A stretch of DNA of 64,000 bases from NCBI GenBank assembly GCA_964019335.1, contig OZ025678.1:551302-615301 (forward strand), read 5' to 3'. Source of the stretch: Diplonema japonicum (lineage: Eukaryota; Protista; Euglenozoa: Diplonemea). Within the stretch, counting starts at the first letter, position 1; each line of letters starts with the position of its first letter. The notes beneath the pieces were generated by a model, which worked only from the letters and a program-made list of their open reading frames with translations, was not told the origin of the DNA and searched no databases. Position numbers and translations under genes: made by a program. Below, in pieces: positions 1 to 13,281 of this stretch.

Positions 1-3000
1 CTCGAGACGTCGCTGACCCTCACAGAGGGCAGCCTTAGCGGTGATGAGACAAGCAAGCCTCCCGAAGAATTCAACCCTATATTTGGGCGCCCCCCTCTCA
101 TCAGGTTGGAGACCTTGACGTCGTTCAACGTTAGATGGATTTTTGCTGTGTTTTATGTAAGCCTTGGGATGACAATGTACTTCAGAATAGAGGAGAGAAA
201 GGCGTACTCCTGTTACCCGCTGTGTCCGCAAGAACCGTCGTATGACTCATGCATGATGGATGTGATATCCGCTCGTGATGATGTGGTGACGTGTGCGAAC
301 AAAACAAACGGGCAGTGGGTGTTTGACCTCCAGAACATGGAGAATTGGAATAGGTGGCTCTATCTGTACGCGGGCCTAGACCAGCTGGCGGAGGCTGACA
401 GCGTTACGGTAAATGTGAACTTCACTTTACAGTTCTTGCGGTCCAACGAAACGAAAACCGACAGTATACCAGTTGCCTTCACGTGCCCAGAGAGCGACAG
501 CGGTAACAGCACAATCAGCTGTGGTGTGGAGTTCCTGAAGAGATACGATGGCGTGCACAACGCGCGGTACTTGATTGTGGACGTTGCTGCCGACGTTGCA
601 CTATCGGGGCTGCGCTTCGAGGCGCTGACCGGCAACAAAACATTCTCGATAGTCGAGCTGTCATTCAGGTGCCTCATGATTCTCATCACGTTGATCCTCT
701 TCATAAGGTTGTTCGTTATGTTGAGACTATCCGTTTTTTCATTGTGGCTACCCGAGCACTTGTGGCTTCTATGGGTGCTGCTTGCTATGATCTTTGCGCT
801 TGACCCCTTCTGGTACTGGGGGCTCACGCACGACGACTTCTCGTCAGCATTCGAGCGCTTCAGCTATTTCGAGAAACAAGTCTTATACGACTTCTGCTCG
901 GACGTCGTGAAAGCCTTTGAGTTCCTGACGCTGTCGTCCATCCGAGACGCTGCCAATGAAAGCCACTGGATGTTTGATGGAAGGATGTTCAAGCCCGCTG
1001 TGTGGTCTTCAGTGTGGCTGTTTGGCATCACGCTGAACAGGGTAGTGCGTGTCGCGACCATGCCCTGGGATCACAGCACCGACGGCATGCCGAACGACTT
1101 CTTCGTGGTCCCTGACCCGGATGCTGACGACTTCCACTTCGTCGTCATCAAGATCTTGTTCGACTTCGCCTGGTACCTGGCCATCGTGCTGCTAACTGTG
1201 CGTACGTCGAACACACTCGAGAAGCTTCCCTACCTCCAGACCCGCTACCGCCAGCTCACCTTCAGGTTCATTGTGTTCCTGTACCTGTGCTTTGTAGTTG
1301 CGTGGATCCCGCCTTACTTCATCAGGATGTTTCTCGATCACCAGCCTCCTCCCCTCCACATCAACATAGGTGAGCTCTTGGGAAATGCCGCATATACGTG
1401 CATTCTAGCGTACGTACTGACTCCTATCACCGACTACCAGCACAAGCTAGTGTACGTAAACGAGATCCCCGACCCTTCTGACAGGCGGTGGATCAAAGCT
1501 GCCACCTACAACGTTGACCTCATGCGGTTCATGAAGGGGGACCAATCGTTGTTCTTCTTCTTTACTGAAGAAGAGCGAGACACCTTCTACGCATCCACAG
1601 AAAAGGCCTACGACACAGCGGTCGCACAGTGCGCAAGTGAACATTATAAGAATTCAGAAAAACACAGCCTGACAGAAGCCAAAAGGGCCATGGCACGTGT
1701 ACGGGAGGTGTTCCACACGGGGATGGACGTTGCCAAGGACAAGGTGATGAAGAGCGCACAGAAAGCGCACGAGTCTGTTGTGCAGCTTCCTACGGCGATG
1801 GCGGCCTTGCCGAGGAAGTCTAAGGAGGCTGCCGTAAACGCAGCATCGTCGGTGAAGCAGGGTGTGATGCACCCGATGAACACGGCGGCTAGCTTGTCGA
1901 ACAGGACATTTGAAATCTGTGAGCAAACTGTCGAGAAGATTCTGTGCAAGTTGGAACCTAACACTAAGCCGCCTGGTGGCCTCACACGCAGTTTCCACGG
2001 CGCGCTGGGTCTTCCTGTCGTCGTGGGAATGCGTGAGGACGACACTTCCATCACCGTCTCCCCGCCGTCGCCTGAACACAGGGCGGAGGAAGCCAGCGAG
2101 CCCGAGTCTCCACTTGGTTCAGAACGGTCCTTTGCCGCTTCCATTTCTTCCAAAAAGTCTCGTAGACCACGCAGCGAGTCGCACTACGCTGCCGTGGGTT
2201 GGTTCCTTGAATGGTACGACAGGATCACGAAAGATATGTTCGGGTACAGCCCCGTGCCTGAGCCTCTCTTCTGCTTGGAGACATCACACAACATGTTCAA
2301 TCTGTCGTGGGAGGCATATTTCCAGGACCCTGAGGAACAGTTGACCGAAGACTTCATCAACGAGGTAGACAAGTCACTAGCAAAGAGGGCTAAAAAGCGT
2401 GAAAAGGAGAAGAAGAAGCGTCTTGAACACAGCTTCAAATCGCTCCGCGATAAAAACAAATTGTCATTGAAAAACCTCTTTAAGAGGTCTAACTCGCCAC
2501 CCACGTTCCGTGACGACGATACGCTCGACTCCACTCAGAGGCGGACGAAGTTCAAGCAGTCGCTACCGGCGCTGGACGTCAGCACTGGGTTGGATGAGGA
2601 GGTACCAAGGTCTACGAGGAACACACCTTTCAATATGCTGCGCAAGAACACGTTCATCAACGAAAAGCACTTGTTGATGAAGCGGCGCGGGAAGGGCTTT
2701 AACGAAAAACATGAGAAGGAAAGAGTGTTGCTTGAGGTGCTTGAGGATAAGGTGTACATTGACGTTGAGCAGTATGGGTACACGCTGGAGGCAGTTGTCA
2801 ACAAATCGCAGAATCAGGTGATCGTTGCAGCTAAGGATGACCACATCTCCATCGCCTTCAGAGGCACCTGCAATACGAACAACGTCAAAACCGACCTGAC
2901 ACTCACAAGGCAGAAGCTCGAGCACATCAGTGGGTCCAGCGGATTCCTGGGGAAGCTGGCCACCAAACTTGGCCTGTTCCAGCCCAGGGTGCACGTCGGC

Positions 3001-4268
3001 TTCTACAAGGTGTGGATGATCCTTCGCGACGACGTGATCGCAGCCATCAACAGGTTGACATCTGAGCGCCACGTGTCGAAGATATACCTCACAGGGCATT
3101 CCCTCGGGGGGGCCTTGGCCACCATCGCTGCGTGGGACATCACCAAGTGGGTGACGCGGGAGATAGGTGTTGACAAGTACGGACACCCTGCTGTCAAGAT
3201 CAGCATGTACAACTTCGGCTGCCCCCGTGTGGGCAACCCTGTCTTCAGCAACTACTACAACATGTTCGTTCCCGACTCCTTCCGTGTTGTCAACGATGGT
3301 GATGTCGTGTGCTCGACGCCCCCACGGCTCTACATACCTTTCATCGGTGGGATGTACCGCCACGCTGGTAAACAGGTGATCATCGACTGGAAGGGTAACT
3401 TTGTAATCCGTCCCGACTTTGTGGAGCGTGCACTTCCGAAGTGGCATTTGCGACGCAGCGACCCCACACGGCATCAGATGGCGGGTGTTGCTGCAGACGT
3501 AGATGCAGGGCGTCAGACTAGCTACAGAAGTGCGCTCAACGCGGTGGCTGCGTACTGCAGGACGGGCACACGGTGCTTTCAGGTTCTGATACAGCGTCTT
3601 GAGGAGTTCGATGAGGACCAGCTGGAGGCGACAGTACGTTTGACCACGACGAATGCAAGGATAGAAAGGTGCACGTCACTCTTCGACACATTAATCATGC
3701 CAGGGGGGGACCCGGAGGCGTCGATGGCTGTGGTGGTGGGCACACTATGTATGGTGAGTGTCGCACGTGTGCAGCGTGGGCTGTGCGCACTTTTGAAGTC
3801 ACCGTCAGTTGCGTCGCACGACACGATGCTGAGCATGCCATCGATCATGCAGCACAACGAAAGCAACAGCTCGCCGCTCACGACGCCTCACTTTGCGTCG
3901 CGCACGCAGAGCGTGAGCAGCACCGAGCTTGCTCAGCATCTGCTGCCACAGCGCACACCTTCACAGTCACAGTCGCAGAGCTCGAGCAATGGGAGGCGAG
4001 GATGCGTGTTGACGAGCCCTGTAAGCATCTCGAACCCCTTGGCAAGGTATGAGAATTGCTTTCTTTCACATCATTGCTCAGGAACTCTCAGCAGCTTTCC
4101 TCTGTGAACTCCACGCCCACCACCTCTCGCAGTATTGGCCTAGACACCAACTCCCTACGATACCTCTTGGTGCGGTACGGTGTGGCGGGCCCCGCTCCGT
4201 CGCCTAAGTCTGCGACACCTTCGAGCATCGCCTCCCCCACGCAGCACAGCCATCACATCACCTTGTAG
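1..4268 (+). CDS. TMEM181/Wntless-like multi-pass membrane domain fused to a class 3 lipase (5'-partial)
   Basis: Frame is open from base 1. The N-terminal TM region (NKTFSIVELSFR...WLPEHLW...DPF; LPYLQTRYRQLTFRF) resembles TMEM181/Wntless. Lipase_3 motifs: IAFRGT, VHVGFY, GHSLGG, NFGCPRVGN, VNDGDVV. Predicted introns 3481-3516 (GC-AG, in frame) and 4047-4081 (GTATG..CAG); the second joins to the 4056-4268 frame. Confidence 0.85.
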
Positions 4269-6110
4269 GCATTTTTTTTTTACCCCCTCTTTTTTTTTTT
4301 GTTCAGTTTTAACAGTTATTTTAGCCTAGGCAACGGTCTATTCAACTTTTTCATCCATACCATCTTTTTTTTGTTCTTCTCCCTTCTAGTGGGTGTGCCT
4401 TAAGATAACTCGTATCGGCACGCCTTCGAGCGAAGCAAAGCAAGCAAAGCACCCATTTCAGGGTATTATTGTTGTTGTTTTTTTTTTTCTTTTCTTGTTT
4501 TGAATTTTGTCGGGAGGGGGAAGCAACCAAGTGGGGAGCGAGGAAGAAAAGATAGATATATCAATATATTATTTCTTTTTTTCCAACACCCTGGCAGAAC
4601 ATATCCTTTTTTTTTTCCCCTCAAGGTCTGCCTTTCAAGAGGACCGCAGCATTGAAGCGGACCCGGCCCCCGGGGCTTGTCCTCCCCAAGCGCAGCCATC
4701 AGTTTTTTCTTCCCCTCCCACCCTGCCTATTGTTGATTGTTGATTGTCCTTGTACCAAATGTTGCGCCCGCCGGTTGCACAACAACGCCCCCCCCCCCCT
4801 TTTTTTATCTGTGAAGTCTTTTTTTTTTTCTCTTATATTCTTTTTTTTTCTTTTTTTTTATTTGCCTCTGTGCATATTGTCGTGTCGAAGAAAAAAAAAG
4901 AAGAAAATAAAAAAAAAGGAAAGAAAAAAAAAAGCTTGTATAAGAAGACTAAAACTTCCTTCCCTATCCGGGCCCCAATAGGTGGCCACTGTTTTCGCTT
5001 TGGACACATCTGGTCTTTTTGGTCCACTTGCAGGGTGGGAGTGGATACTTAACACTTGAATGCTTAAAACGTCTGCTGGGCAGGATCCAAAACTCCACCG
5101 GGTGCACTATGCAGTGACGGAAGGAAAGTTTTTTCTCTCTTCTTGTTTCTGGAGATAGCGCGTCGTATATACCTTTCTTTTCAATATCCTCTTCTCCTTC
5201 TCCTCTTTGTTTTCCCCCCCTTTTTTTTCTTTTAGTGCGTCGGGGGGGGGGGGGTGTTCAATTGGCAACAACTAGCGAAACAGAATATTAAAATAAAGAA
5301 AGTGTTGTTTCCAGTTTTTTCGTTTTACGTATTTTTTCTTTTTCTTTTTTTTTTCCCGTTTTTTTTTTTCGGAAAACAAAAAAGTTATCTCTTGTCCAGC
5401 AACCGTTTGTTTGGGCATGCCTGTTTAAAAAAAAAGGGAGTGGGAGGGGGGGGGGGGGGGGGGGGATCTCATTGGAACAGGAGAACTTCCTGCGCTTTTC
5501 CTGTAGTCTGAAAAGCGAGAAAAAAAAGAAAAAAAAAACCAAAGACCTTATTTACAACCTACTCACGCTGTACTGATACATGGGGCGTTGCTTTTGGTCC
5601 TTCAAAAAATTTAGTTGAAAAATGTGCACAGATACAACTGACCAGAAATTGACTTTCTAAGAGCCTATTCCAAAGCGCGAATTTCTTTTGACTCAAACTA
5701 CTGAATAGCGCAATGTGGGAGGTAAATACTCGGTCGCAAAAAAAAAAAAAAAAAAAAAAAGGGAAGAAAAAAATAGAGAGTTGGAGAAAACGTCAGATAA
5801 GAAATATTGTCTTATTGGTCCCAATAATATGGAGGTGGGGGGAAGGAAGGAAGTAAGAAAAAAGATTTTTTTTTTTAAAAAGAAAAAAAGAAAGAAAAAA
5901 AAGATCGAACGATTATTATAAACCAGTCGAATCCATCCCCATAACTGCCTCCTTTTCCTGTCCCACTTTTTTTTTCTTCTTCTTTTCTTTTATTTTTTTC
6001 CGCCTATGTTTTTGTTTCATTGTCAGTTCCTTTCGCTTTTATGCTGTATTTTAAACAGTCCTATTTTCCCTTACTTCCTTACCTACCTACAGGAGCCTTG
6101 CTACCACAGT

Positions 6111-9100
6111 ATGTACAGCACGTCTGCCGAGACGGCGGTGCAGCAGATCCAGGCGAATGAACCTTCAAGGAAGGAAATGTCATTGTCGTCAAGAGGGATC
6201 GACGACCTGCAGTGTACAAGCATTGCAGAGGCACTCCAAGCCAACGACACTTTGACTGTATTGGATTTACAGAGCAACAGGATCACAGCAGCAGGCGGGG
6301 AAGCACTGAGCCAAGCCCTCAGGTGCAACACATCTCTTGTAGAGCTCAACTTGGAGAACAACCAACTACAGGACGCAGGTGCCGAGCGGCTGAACGAAGT
6401 CCTCAACGAGAACCACTCCATCAAAGCCCTGCACCTCGAGATGAACCAGGTCAGCCCCAAGCTCTTGGAGCAAATCAACAACAAATGCTTGCTGAACACG
6501 CAGCCCCTTCCCCTCAAGCAGGCCATGCCGCAGCTTGTAGCCAACGACCCTTCCATCACAAGCCTCGACCTCTCTGCCTACACCAACGCGAACCTCTCGT
6601 GCTACATGCTAGTCGACGTCTTGAAGCACAACACAGTCCTGAAGCATCTGAACCTCGCAAACATCGGGATCCAAGACAAGGGTGCTGAGATCCTCGCAGG
6701 CCTCCTGCGCAAGTCCTCTGCCCTCGAGTCACTTGACATCTCAAACAATGGGATCGGCCTTCACGGTGTGCGTGACCTGGGCGACGCACTGAAGAGCTGC
6801 ACGTCACTCGTGTGCCTTCTGCTGAGAAGGAACAAAATCGGCGACGACGCCACCAGGATCTTCGTCGAGACGTTGAAAGTGAACGACAGGATCACGGAGC
6901 TCGACCTTTCGGACAATGCAGTGTCGCAGGGCGCGTTGGAGCTCTTGGCTAAGGCACTGGAGCTGAACTCCCAGCCCCTCGAGCTCAAGAAGGGGCTGCA
7001 GCGCACACAGTGCAACGATCCTTCTCTGACCACCATAGACTTCTCCTGCATCACAAACATGACAATGTCGGCGGCCCTTTTGAGCAGCGCCTTGAGGGTC
7101 AACACGACAGTGAGGGTTCTAAACTTGTCGAACAACCACATCAAGAATGAAGGGGCATTTGACCTAGCGAACGTGCTGAAAGTGAACAGGACGATCACAG
7201 AGCTGCAGATCCCAAACAACAACATCACTGCGGATGGCGGGAAGGCCATTGCCGTTGCGGTGGTCGACAACCAGAAGCTCATCGACCTCAACATGGCGAA
7301 CAATGAAATCGGTGATGGGGGTGCCTTGCAGTTCATCGAAGCCCTCAACACCAACAACTCCCTCACTGCCATCAACCTAGAGCTCAACGACGTCACTTCG
7401 CCGTTGATGAAGGCGGTCGATGACGCCCTCTTCATCAACCTGCAGCCACACGCTTTGAAGGTGGTGCTGCCCAAGCTAGAGGCAAACGACTCTCGCTTCG
7501 ATGTGCTTGATTTCTCGAAGTACGACGGCGAACGGTACCACAACGACAACAGCATGACGGTGCTGTGCAAGTCGCTGATGGTGAACAACAAGGTGCAGGT
7601 TATGAACCTTGCGGACAACAACATCGGCGACATCGGGATGATCTGCCTAGCTGATGTCCTGAAGAGCAACAGGTCCATCCACACGTTGGTACTGTCCGAC
7701 AACTCCATCAACGACAGAGGGGTCAAGGCACTGGCGGAGAGCCTCAAGACAAACAGGACGCTTACGAAGCTGGATGTGAAGGGGAACAACATCTCGGAGT
7801 CTGGTGGGGCAGCTCTCTTCGATGTGCTGAAAGTAAACCACGCGCTGCTCTCCGTACAGACCAAGCTGAACAAGATACCACAGAGCTTGCAGAATGAAAT
7901 TCAAATCGCATGTGCCATCAACACACAGCCTGTATCCTTGAAGCAGATGACTCCCAGGCTGCACACGAACGACCCCACGCTGATGGATCTAGACGTGTCA
8001 CATTTCGACGGGCAGAAGTACTATGACGACACAGCCGTGATCATTCTATGCCACGAGATGAAAGGCAACGAGACGATCACATCCATCAACCTGTCCAACA
8101 ATACCTTCGAGACGGATGGTGCAAAGGCACTTGCCGAGTTCCTCGTCCAAAACAGTACTCTCACAGAGCTTGCGGTGGCCAACAATACTATTGGTGACCT
8201 TGGCTGCCAGTACCTTGCGGCTGCCCTTCGCCAGAACACAACCCTGGCTAGATTAAATCTGGACAACAATAACATCGGGGACAGAGGCATCGAGGCGCTC
8301 ATCGAAGCCTTGCAGGTGAACGATACGCTTGTGTCACTGAACGTCGACCGGAACGACATTGCCAAAACGCTGTTCCACCAGCTGGACGACGCCATCGCAC
8401 TGAACAGCCAGCCGCTTCCACTGAAGCGAATGCTCCCGAAGATCTACGCGAATGTGGACACGATGACATGCATCGACATCTCGGGTGGGAATGACGGCAA
8501 GCTCTATGGCGACGTGTCGTGCAGGATCCTCGCGATCGCCTTAAGGGACAACAACACCGTGAGGGAGTGCAATGTGACCGACAACGAAGTGACAAGCATC
8601 GGTGTGGGCTACCTAGCTGATATGCTGGAGGAGAACCAGACCCTAGAGGTGCTGCATTTGGACAACAACAAGTTCGACGACAAGGGCGTTAAGGCATTGG
8701 TGAGCTCGTTGGCCATCAACAACACAGTGTGGAGGATCAGTGTGGAAGGGAACAACCTGAGCGAGGCAGTGTTGGAGGAGCTGCAGTACGCGATCATGAT
8801 GAACAACCAGTCGATCCTACTGAAGAGGGACATGGCGCAGTTGACGGGCAACGACCCGAGCTGCACTATGCTGGACTACAGCACCTGGGACGGGAAGAGG
8901 AAGTTCGATGACAACGCACTGCGCATACTGTGCACGACGCTGCTGACACACACATATGTCACCAGCATCGACCTGTCGGACAACGAGATAACAGACCAGG
9001 GCGCAACGTATCTCGCAGATGTGCTTAGGATCAGCCCGTACATTACAAACTTGCGCCTGACGAATAACAACATTGGCGCTGAGGGTGGGAGTGCCTTGAA

Positions 9101-9467
9101 GGCAGCTCTGAGAAGCAATCACACGCTTGCTGTGCTAGAGCTGAAAGGGAACAAGGTGCCTGACGAGATCATGGAGGTGTGCACATCCACCGTCACGAAA
9201 TCATTCAAACAGGACATCGAAACAGCAATCACAATCAACGCGCACCCCATCAGCGAGAACAAGGAGCGGACTTGCGGAAGGCCCAGACCAGGTGTGTCAC
9301 CGTACAGGCATCAATATCACTACAGAGACGTGCGATGATCCTTCAGAGTTCAAAACAACGCAGTACTACCACGAGCTGGTATGTCGTCACACGTCATTCA
9401 CATACCACAGGACAAGGGCATCCTTGAAGACGCACTCCAAGACAAGCACCTGCGTGCCGTGCTGTGA
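6111..9467 (+). CDS. RNI-like leucine-rich-repeat protein with seven tandem tropomodulin-like modules
   Basis: Many LxxLxLxxNxIxDxGAxxLAxxL repeats, with a recurrent NxQPxxLK..L.ANDP cap. ATG 6111 follows a pyrimidine tract and CAG. Predicted 3' introns 9177-9212 and 9379-9410, plus one uncertain intron ending at 9307. Last exon DKGILEDALQDKHLRAVL*. Confidence 0.8.
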
Positions 9468-9763
9468 GCCCATTATGTTTACGTCGCAGTTTCATCTTTG
9501 ATGTGGCCAGCGGGTTCTTTCCAGAACCTTCCCGTTGGTCACTTTCCTTTCTCCTGCTCTTTATTTTTTATTTTCCTTTATCTGGGCAATGTAAAAAGTA
9601 TTCCTTAACCTTTAATATGATATACACCCTTTTGTCCTACCTCAGAACTTCTTTCGAAGAAAACCTCTTCCATTTACCCCCTTTTTCCTTTCTTCACTTT
9701 CTCCCTTTCTTTGGTTTTGACACTGTTGCTCATATGTATTTCTCCAGCAGGCAGAGGGCTTCG

Positions 9764-10282
9764 ATGGCGTCGACAGCGAAGTCTGTGGAGACCTCGCCAG
9801 TTACGAAGACACTGACATGGACGAGCGGGAAGTCGGCGGGAGAGATGGTGGTGCTTGAGAGGGTACGCGCAAAAGAAGAGGAAGAAGTGCTGACATCATG
9901 GTTGGCAGTACGAGATTTGCGAGGTGTGGGTGCCTTGCTGAAGATTAAGAAGGTTAGAACTCTAGAGGGGCTCCTTGGATGCAGGGGGAAAGTACACAAG
10001 CTGCTTCGCAAGCCTGAGAGCGATAGACTCATTCGGCGCATAGAAGCTGCCATCAGCGACTATGCACGCCACGCCCCAACCACAACCCGTATCAAGCTCC
10101 AAAACTATCGCCCTGTAACTCCTTCGAACAGCTTCGCGCGCACCGTGACAACCTCCCCTTCCCTTGCCCCCTCCATAGCCACAACGGTCCCCCACTGTAT
10201 CTACAGTACCGACTACATAATCCCTAGACAGTCTTGCATAAAACAGTGCCTTGCGCGCTCAAGTAGCAAGAACCGCCGCTGA
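9764..10282 (+). CDS. hypothetical protein (~170 aa)
   Basis: ORF with coding-like composition after a long pyrimidine tract and CAG; no recognised domain. Confidence 0.5.
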   Translation: MASTAKSVETSPVTKTLTWTSGKSAGEMVVLERVRAKEEEEVLTSWLAVRDLRGVGALLKIKKVRTLEGLLGCRGKVHKLLRKPESDRLIRRIEAAISDYARHAPTTTRIKLQNYRPVTPSNSFARTVTTSPSLAPSIATTVPHCIYSTDYIIPRQSCIKQCLARSSSKNRR

Positions 10283-11414
10283 AGCATCCTTAACAGGATG
10301 ACATGGTGCCCTATGCCCTTGTCGAGAACAACGGAAGAAAAAAAAAAATGTGTTATACCCTTCTTATTCCTTTCTTTTCCGATATCCACCCCTTCTTTTT
10401 CATCCCCCCCCCTTTGTTAACTTTTTTGCTTGTTTGCACGCCGAAAAAAAAAGAAAATATTGAACACTGTGATGATCGTCAAGAGTGTACTTCCTGGGGT
10501 TGCACAAATGAGTGGAGCACCTTAAGGTATACAGCGATACCCACGACAAGCCTTTCTCTCTCTCTCTTTTTTTTTTGTTTTTTTTTTTATTACAACAGAG
10601 TAGTGGTGGCGAGGAAAGAAGTAACGTCGCAATGTAAGTTCACTTTAGTGCTTGGTGGGTTCTTCCTCGTCCCCGTTCGGTAGCGGCTGTCGCCCTGCAT
10701 CACCCCCATGTGGAATATTGAAGAGTCTTGTTGATCAGGAGTCTTTTATCTCACACGAGTCACTCTTCCGTCCCCCCGTGTGCTATGATGGCAAGAAACT
10801 GGGTTCTTTTTTTTCTTTCTTGTATCATTTTCGAAATGGTACCGTTTCCACGTTTCTCGCGGTCGTAGCCCTATCTGCTCCGGGTAAGGTTTGTTTCCAC
10901 CTCTATTCTATTTGAGAAAACCTCTGAACAGGCTCTGTAGTTATCAAGAAAAAAAGAATGTCGGCAGCGCTATGCGTTACGAATAATCTCTCTATTACGT
11001 AAGAATTTTGTAACCGCTGCGCAAAGAATTACCCGCCTTCTTCTTTTTTTTTTTTCCTCTTTTTTTTTTATTATTGATAACGCAAGTTTCCGAGAAAAAA
11101 AAAAGAAATCTACCGTTTATCATAAGCGTAGTTTTCAAAAAACCCCGTCCCAGTCAAAAAAGAAAAAAAAAAAGAAGAAAGAAAACTCGCCTTTTTTTTT
11201 TTCTTCTCTCTCTCTTTTTTTTTTTCCTATTTTTTGAATAGAAACAAGTTGAGCCTTTAACATTAACATAAACAAAGTAAAAAAAAAAAAAAAAAAAAAA
11301 AAAGAAAAAGAAAAGAAGAAGAAAACAGTCTAATTCAGAGGTTTTCAATACCCCCCTCCCCCCCACTTCCAGTTCCTATTAACAAAGCAGTTTACCACAG
11401 GCAAAGGCAGGGAA

Positions 11415-11908
11415 ATGGAGACACCGTCACCCACACATATGAACAACAACCCCATGACAAGGTGGTTGCACTCCTATGGGTTCTGGGCGTTGTATATTTC
11501 AATGATCGCAGTAACGCGGTTGGTGTTGTGGATGGTGCTGAAAGAAGTGGATTTGGGGTGGACGCTGACGTGCGTGCTGCATGCCTTCATAAGCTATGCG
11601 CTCCTGCACGGCTTACGGGGGGCGCCTATAGGGGACATCACGATAAGAGGAAAATACGATCACCTCACCTTCTGGGAGCAAATTGACGATGAGTATCACG
11701 GCACTGTGGTGAGAAAGCTCTTTGCCAGCGTGCCCGTCATTTTGTATGTTCATTTTCACGCCACCAACAACACCACAGGTTGGGCATTGCCTTCAATTGG
11801 GTCCGCAACAACTGGGTGCTCCTCCCTTGGGTGATCGGGTCCACATTCGTGTGTGTAATCCCAAAGCTTCCCTTCATGCACAGCAAAAAACGTGAGCACT
11901 CTGATTGA
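11415..11908 (+). CDS. ORMDL: ORMDL/ORM1 family sphingolipid synthesis regulator
   Basis: WTLT..LH, LHGLRGAP, GKYDHLTFWEQIDD, RKLFASVP. Removing intron 11744-11778 restores the conserved C-terminal IPKLPFMH. Confidence 0.92.
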
Positions 11909-12098
11909 TTTTCGTCTCACAATATATATCTGGCCAGAAAACTTTTTTTTTTCTTTCTAGCCCAGTGTTTCGATAGGATGTGCCGCAATTGGGACCTTTT
12001 TTTTTTGTTTTTTTTTTAAAGGAAAACAATAGAGAATCTGTTTGGTTCTGCACTCCCACCCACCCTTATGACAGACAACAAACAAGTATCGTAAAAAC

Positions 12099-12968
12099 AT
12101 GGCCAACCCCACCTTCCCCGCACCCAGTCCTATCACCCTTTACTATGATGATGGGAAGACGGAAGAGTACACGCCCCTTGACATCCTGTTCCAACACGAC
12201 AAGAAGACGGGCATTGTGCTTGTTACCTTCAATAGGGATGACAACATGAACGCTTTGCAGCCGACGATGATCCAGGAGTGTCTGTTTGTCCTGGAGCAGG
12301 CTAAGCATGACGACACCATCAAGGTGTTGGTGTGGACGGGAGCAGGGAGAGCATTCAGTGCCGGTGCTGCCCTGAAACCGCGTACGGGGCCTAGGCCGAA
12401 GTTCCCTAAGGAGATCATGAAGCAGTACAAGAAGAGGAACATGGTGTTCCAGGCCTTGATGGACATCGCTCTGGGCGTGCCGACCATCGCACATTGGGAC
12501 TGCCCGAAGATTAACATTGCAGCGGTGAACGGTGTGGCCATTGGTGGTGCCACGAACATGGTGTTGTGCAACTGGTACGACTTCACTGTGGTGTCCGAAG
12601 AATCGAAGTTCAAGTACCCCTTCGTGAAGCTTGGGATTACCCCGGAGCTCGGCAGCAGCAGAGTGCTGCCCTTTTTGATCGGGTTCTCCAAGGCAAAGGA
12701 GCTGCTGATGGGCGGTGAGTTCTTCTACCCTCAGGATGCAAAGAAGATGGAATTGATCAACGAGGTGGTGCCGAAGAAGGACGTCCTTCCCAGGGCCTTG
12801 GAGCTTGCTAAGAAGTACGCAGCAGTGCCTAACACATTTGCTTTGCGGGCTGGGAAGAAGCTGATCAACAGCCACCTGCGCAAGGAAATGGATGAACTCA
12901 TGAAGACAGAGAACGCCAACATCCGCGAGTGCGTCAAGCGCGGGACAGACTTCACGGCGAAGATGTAG
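12099..12968 (+). CDS. enoyl-CoA hydratase/isomerase (crotonase superfamily)
   Basis: LVTFNR..NMNAL, VWTGAGRAFSAG, PKINIAAVNGVAIGG, FVKLGITPELGSS. Ends in AKM, a PTS1-like tripeptide. Confidence 0.92.
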   Translation: MANPTFPAPSPITLYYDDGKTEEYTPLDILFQHDKKTGIVLVTFNRDDNMNALQPTMIQECLFVLEQAKHDDTIKVLVWTGAGRAFSAGAALKPRTGPRPKFPKEIMKQYKKRNMVFQALMDIALGVPTIAHWDCPKINIAAVNGVAIGGATNMVLCNWYDFTVVSEESKFKYPFVKLGITPELGSSRVLPFLIGFSKAKELLMGGEFFYPQDAKKMELINEVVPKKDVLPRALELAKKYAAVPNTFALRAGKKLINSHLRKEMDELMKTENANIRECVKRGTDFTAKM

Positions 12969-13281
12969 AAAGGTGCTTGGTCAACAGCCACTTTGCTGTC
13001 ACCACGGCAAAGAGGTTGTTTGGTTTCTGCAGCTTTAGGTGGAAGTGTACACAACATCTACACGGTCTTTAACGTATGCTCTTAGCCTCCCTGAGTTCTC
13101 GGGAGGTGGTGTTGCAAACCGGATATTGCGAACTTTCGTATTGGACCGGGATAAAAAAAAAGAGAGAAAAACGAAGAGTGGAATGAATATTTAATCTTTT
13201 ATTTGAAATGCTTCCCTCATTAAAGATATGAGCACGTTGAACCCTTTATGCTTTGCAAACCAGGTCGTTCAGTGATGAAAT

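Noticed and set aside
4300-6000. Poly-K/poly-F ORFs in homopolymer-rich intergenic DNA (also 10300-11400, 47000-49150, 54700-57460)
   Set aside because: Translations of A/T runs; no coding signal or RNA gene recognised.
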